Below, one piece after another: positions 63,498 through 64,000 of a stretch of DNA of 64,000 nucleotides. Within the stretch, counting starts at the first letter, position 1. Every line of letters starts with the position of its first letter. Source of the DNA: Vitrella brassicaformis CCMP3155 (lineage: Eukaryota; Protista; Chromerida); the NCBI GenBank assembly GCA_001179505.1, contig CDMY01000252.1, positions 84,044 through 148,043 of the forward strand, given 5' to 3'. The notes beneath the pieces were generated by a model that had not been told where the DNA came from, made no database searches, and worked only from the letters and a program-made list of their open reading frames with translations. A program made the translations under genes and the position numbers.

Positions 63498-63958
63498 ATG
63501 TTTTGTCTTCAGAACATCCTCTCAGGTGAGTACACCTTTCGTTTCTTCGGTTGGCTGCGGTGACGGTATGGTGTGTGGATGATGTTCAAGGATGACTGCA
63601 TAGTCCGTTTCAATGGCATTACTGTGGTGGTCTCATGTGCCCTGTTGGCATGCTTGTCTGCAGATGATGAAATTTTGGTTCTTTCTCCTGATGGCCGTCT
63701 CTTGCGGACGAAGTCCTCAACAGGTGAATGAAGTATTCTGACTATGGGGGGGAAACTGTCATTAACCGTAACACTCGTCTGTGTGTCCGTGATACTCATA
63801 CAAATACAGTCCCATCAGCACGCAGACTCAAACAGGCTCAAGGGGAGGAGGGATCAATCCCCGCCCCATCAGCACACCCCAGTCCCGCAAACCCTCCCCT
63901 CCCTCCCCCACGCAGACAGAAGCTAGTCGCACGCGCGAGGGCGATAGACAAGCGATAG
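63498..63958 (+). CDS. Possible small 3-exon gene
   Basis: gccATG at 63498, GTGAGT donor near 63527, CTGCAG acceptor near 63663, and a further intron give MFCLQNILSDDEILVLSPDGRLLRTKSSTARRLKQ…DKR*. No family recognised. Confidence 0.25.
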
Positions 63959-64000
63959 CGAATCCATCCAGACACATGACTGAACCCCCGACCCTTCCAC

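Overview
This is eukaryotic, GC-rich and intron-dense DNA. Introns are short (mostly about 70-130 nt), GT-AG, and packed with (CA)n/(GT)n/(GA)n/(CAGA)n microsatellites. There are five 300-N scaffold gaps. The gene content (apicomplexan-type CDPK with extra N-terminal EF-hands, bipartite plastid-targeting leaders, thylakoid CYP38, front-end desaturase) points to a photosynthetic alveolate, most likely the chromerid Vitrella brassicaformis (inference, not verified). I reconstructed about 23 spliced genes by hand: ING-like, an orphan, LRR-Tudor-Tudor-RING, plastid RPE, AGPS, HSP20, LRR-ankyrin, syntaxin-5, XPG/FEN1-like nuclease, a hypothetical, a small secreted Cys-rich protein, OSBP, CBM20 protein, aldo-keto reductase, LRAT/PLAAT, an orphan plastid protein, seipin (four gap-separated pieces), Cdc6, CDPK6-like, TVP38/TMEM64, desaturase, CYP38 and a cyanobacterial-type Ser/Thr kinase. 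I saw no rRNA, tRNA, CRISPR or recognisable transposon. The strongest unexplained signal is the 9-mer TGCGAGCTT/AAGCTCGCA. By eye it occurs exactly at least 9 times (about 0.5 expected) plus several near-matches, always in short microsatellite-free spacers upstream of start codons. These spacers mostly separate ten head-to-head gene pairs. Other highlights are FFAT-like motifs in seipin, a UBZ-like zinc finger on the OSBP, a dual-acylation-type CBM20 protein, and a CYP38/cyanobacterial-kinase divergent pair. Exon boundaries were read manually and are approximate.
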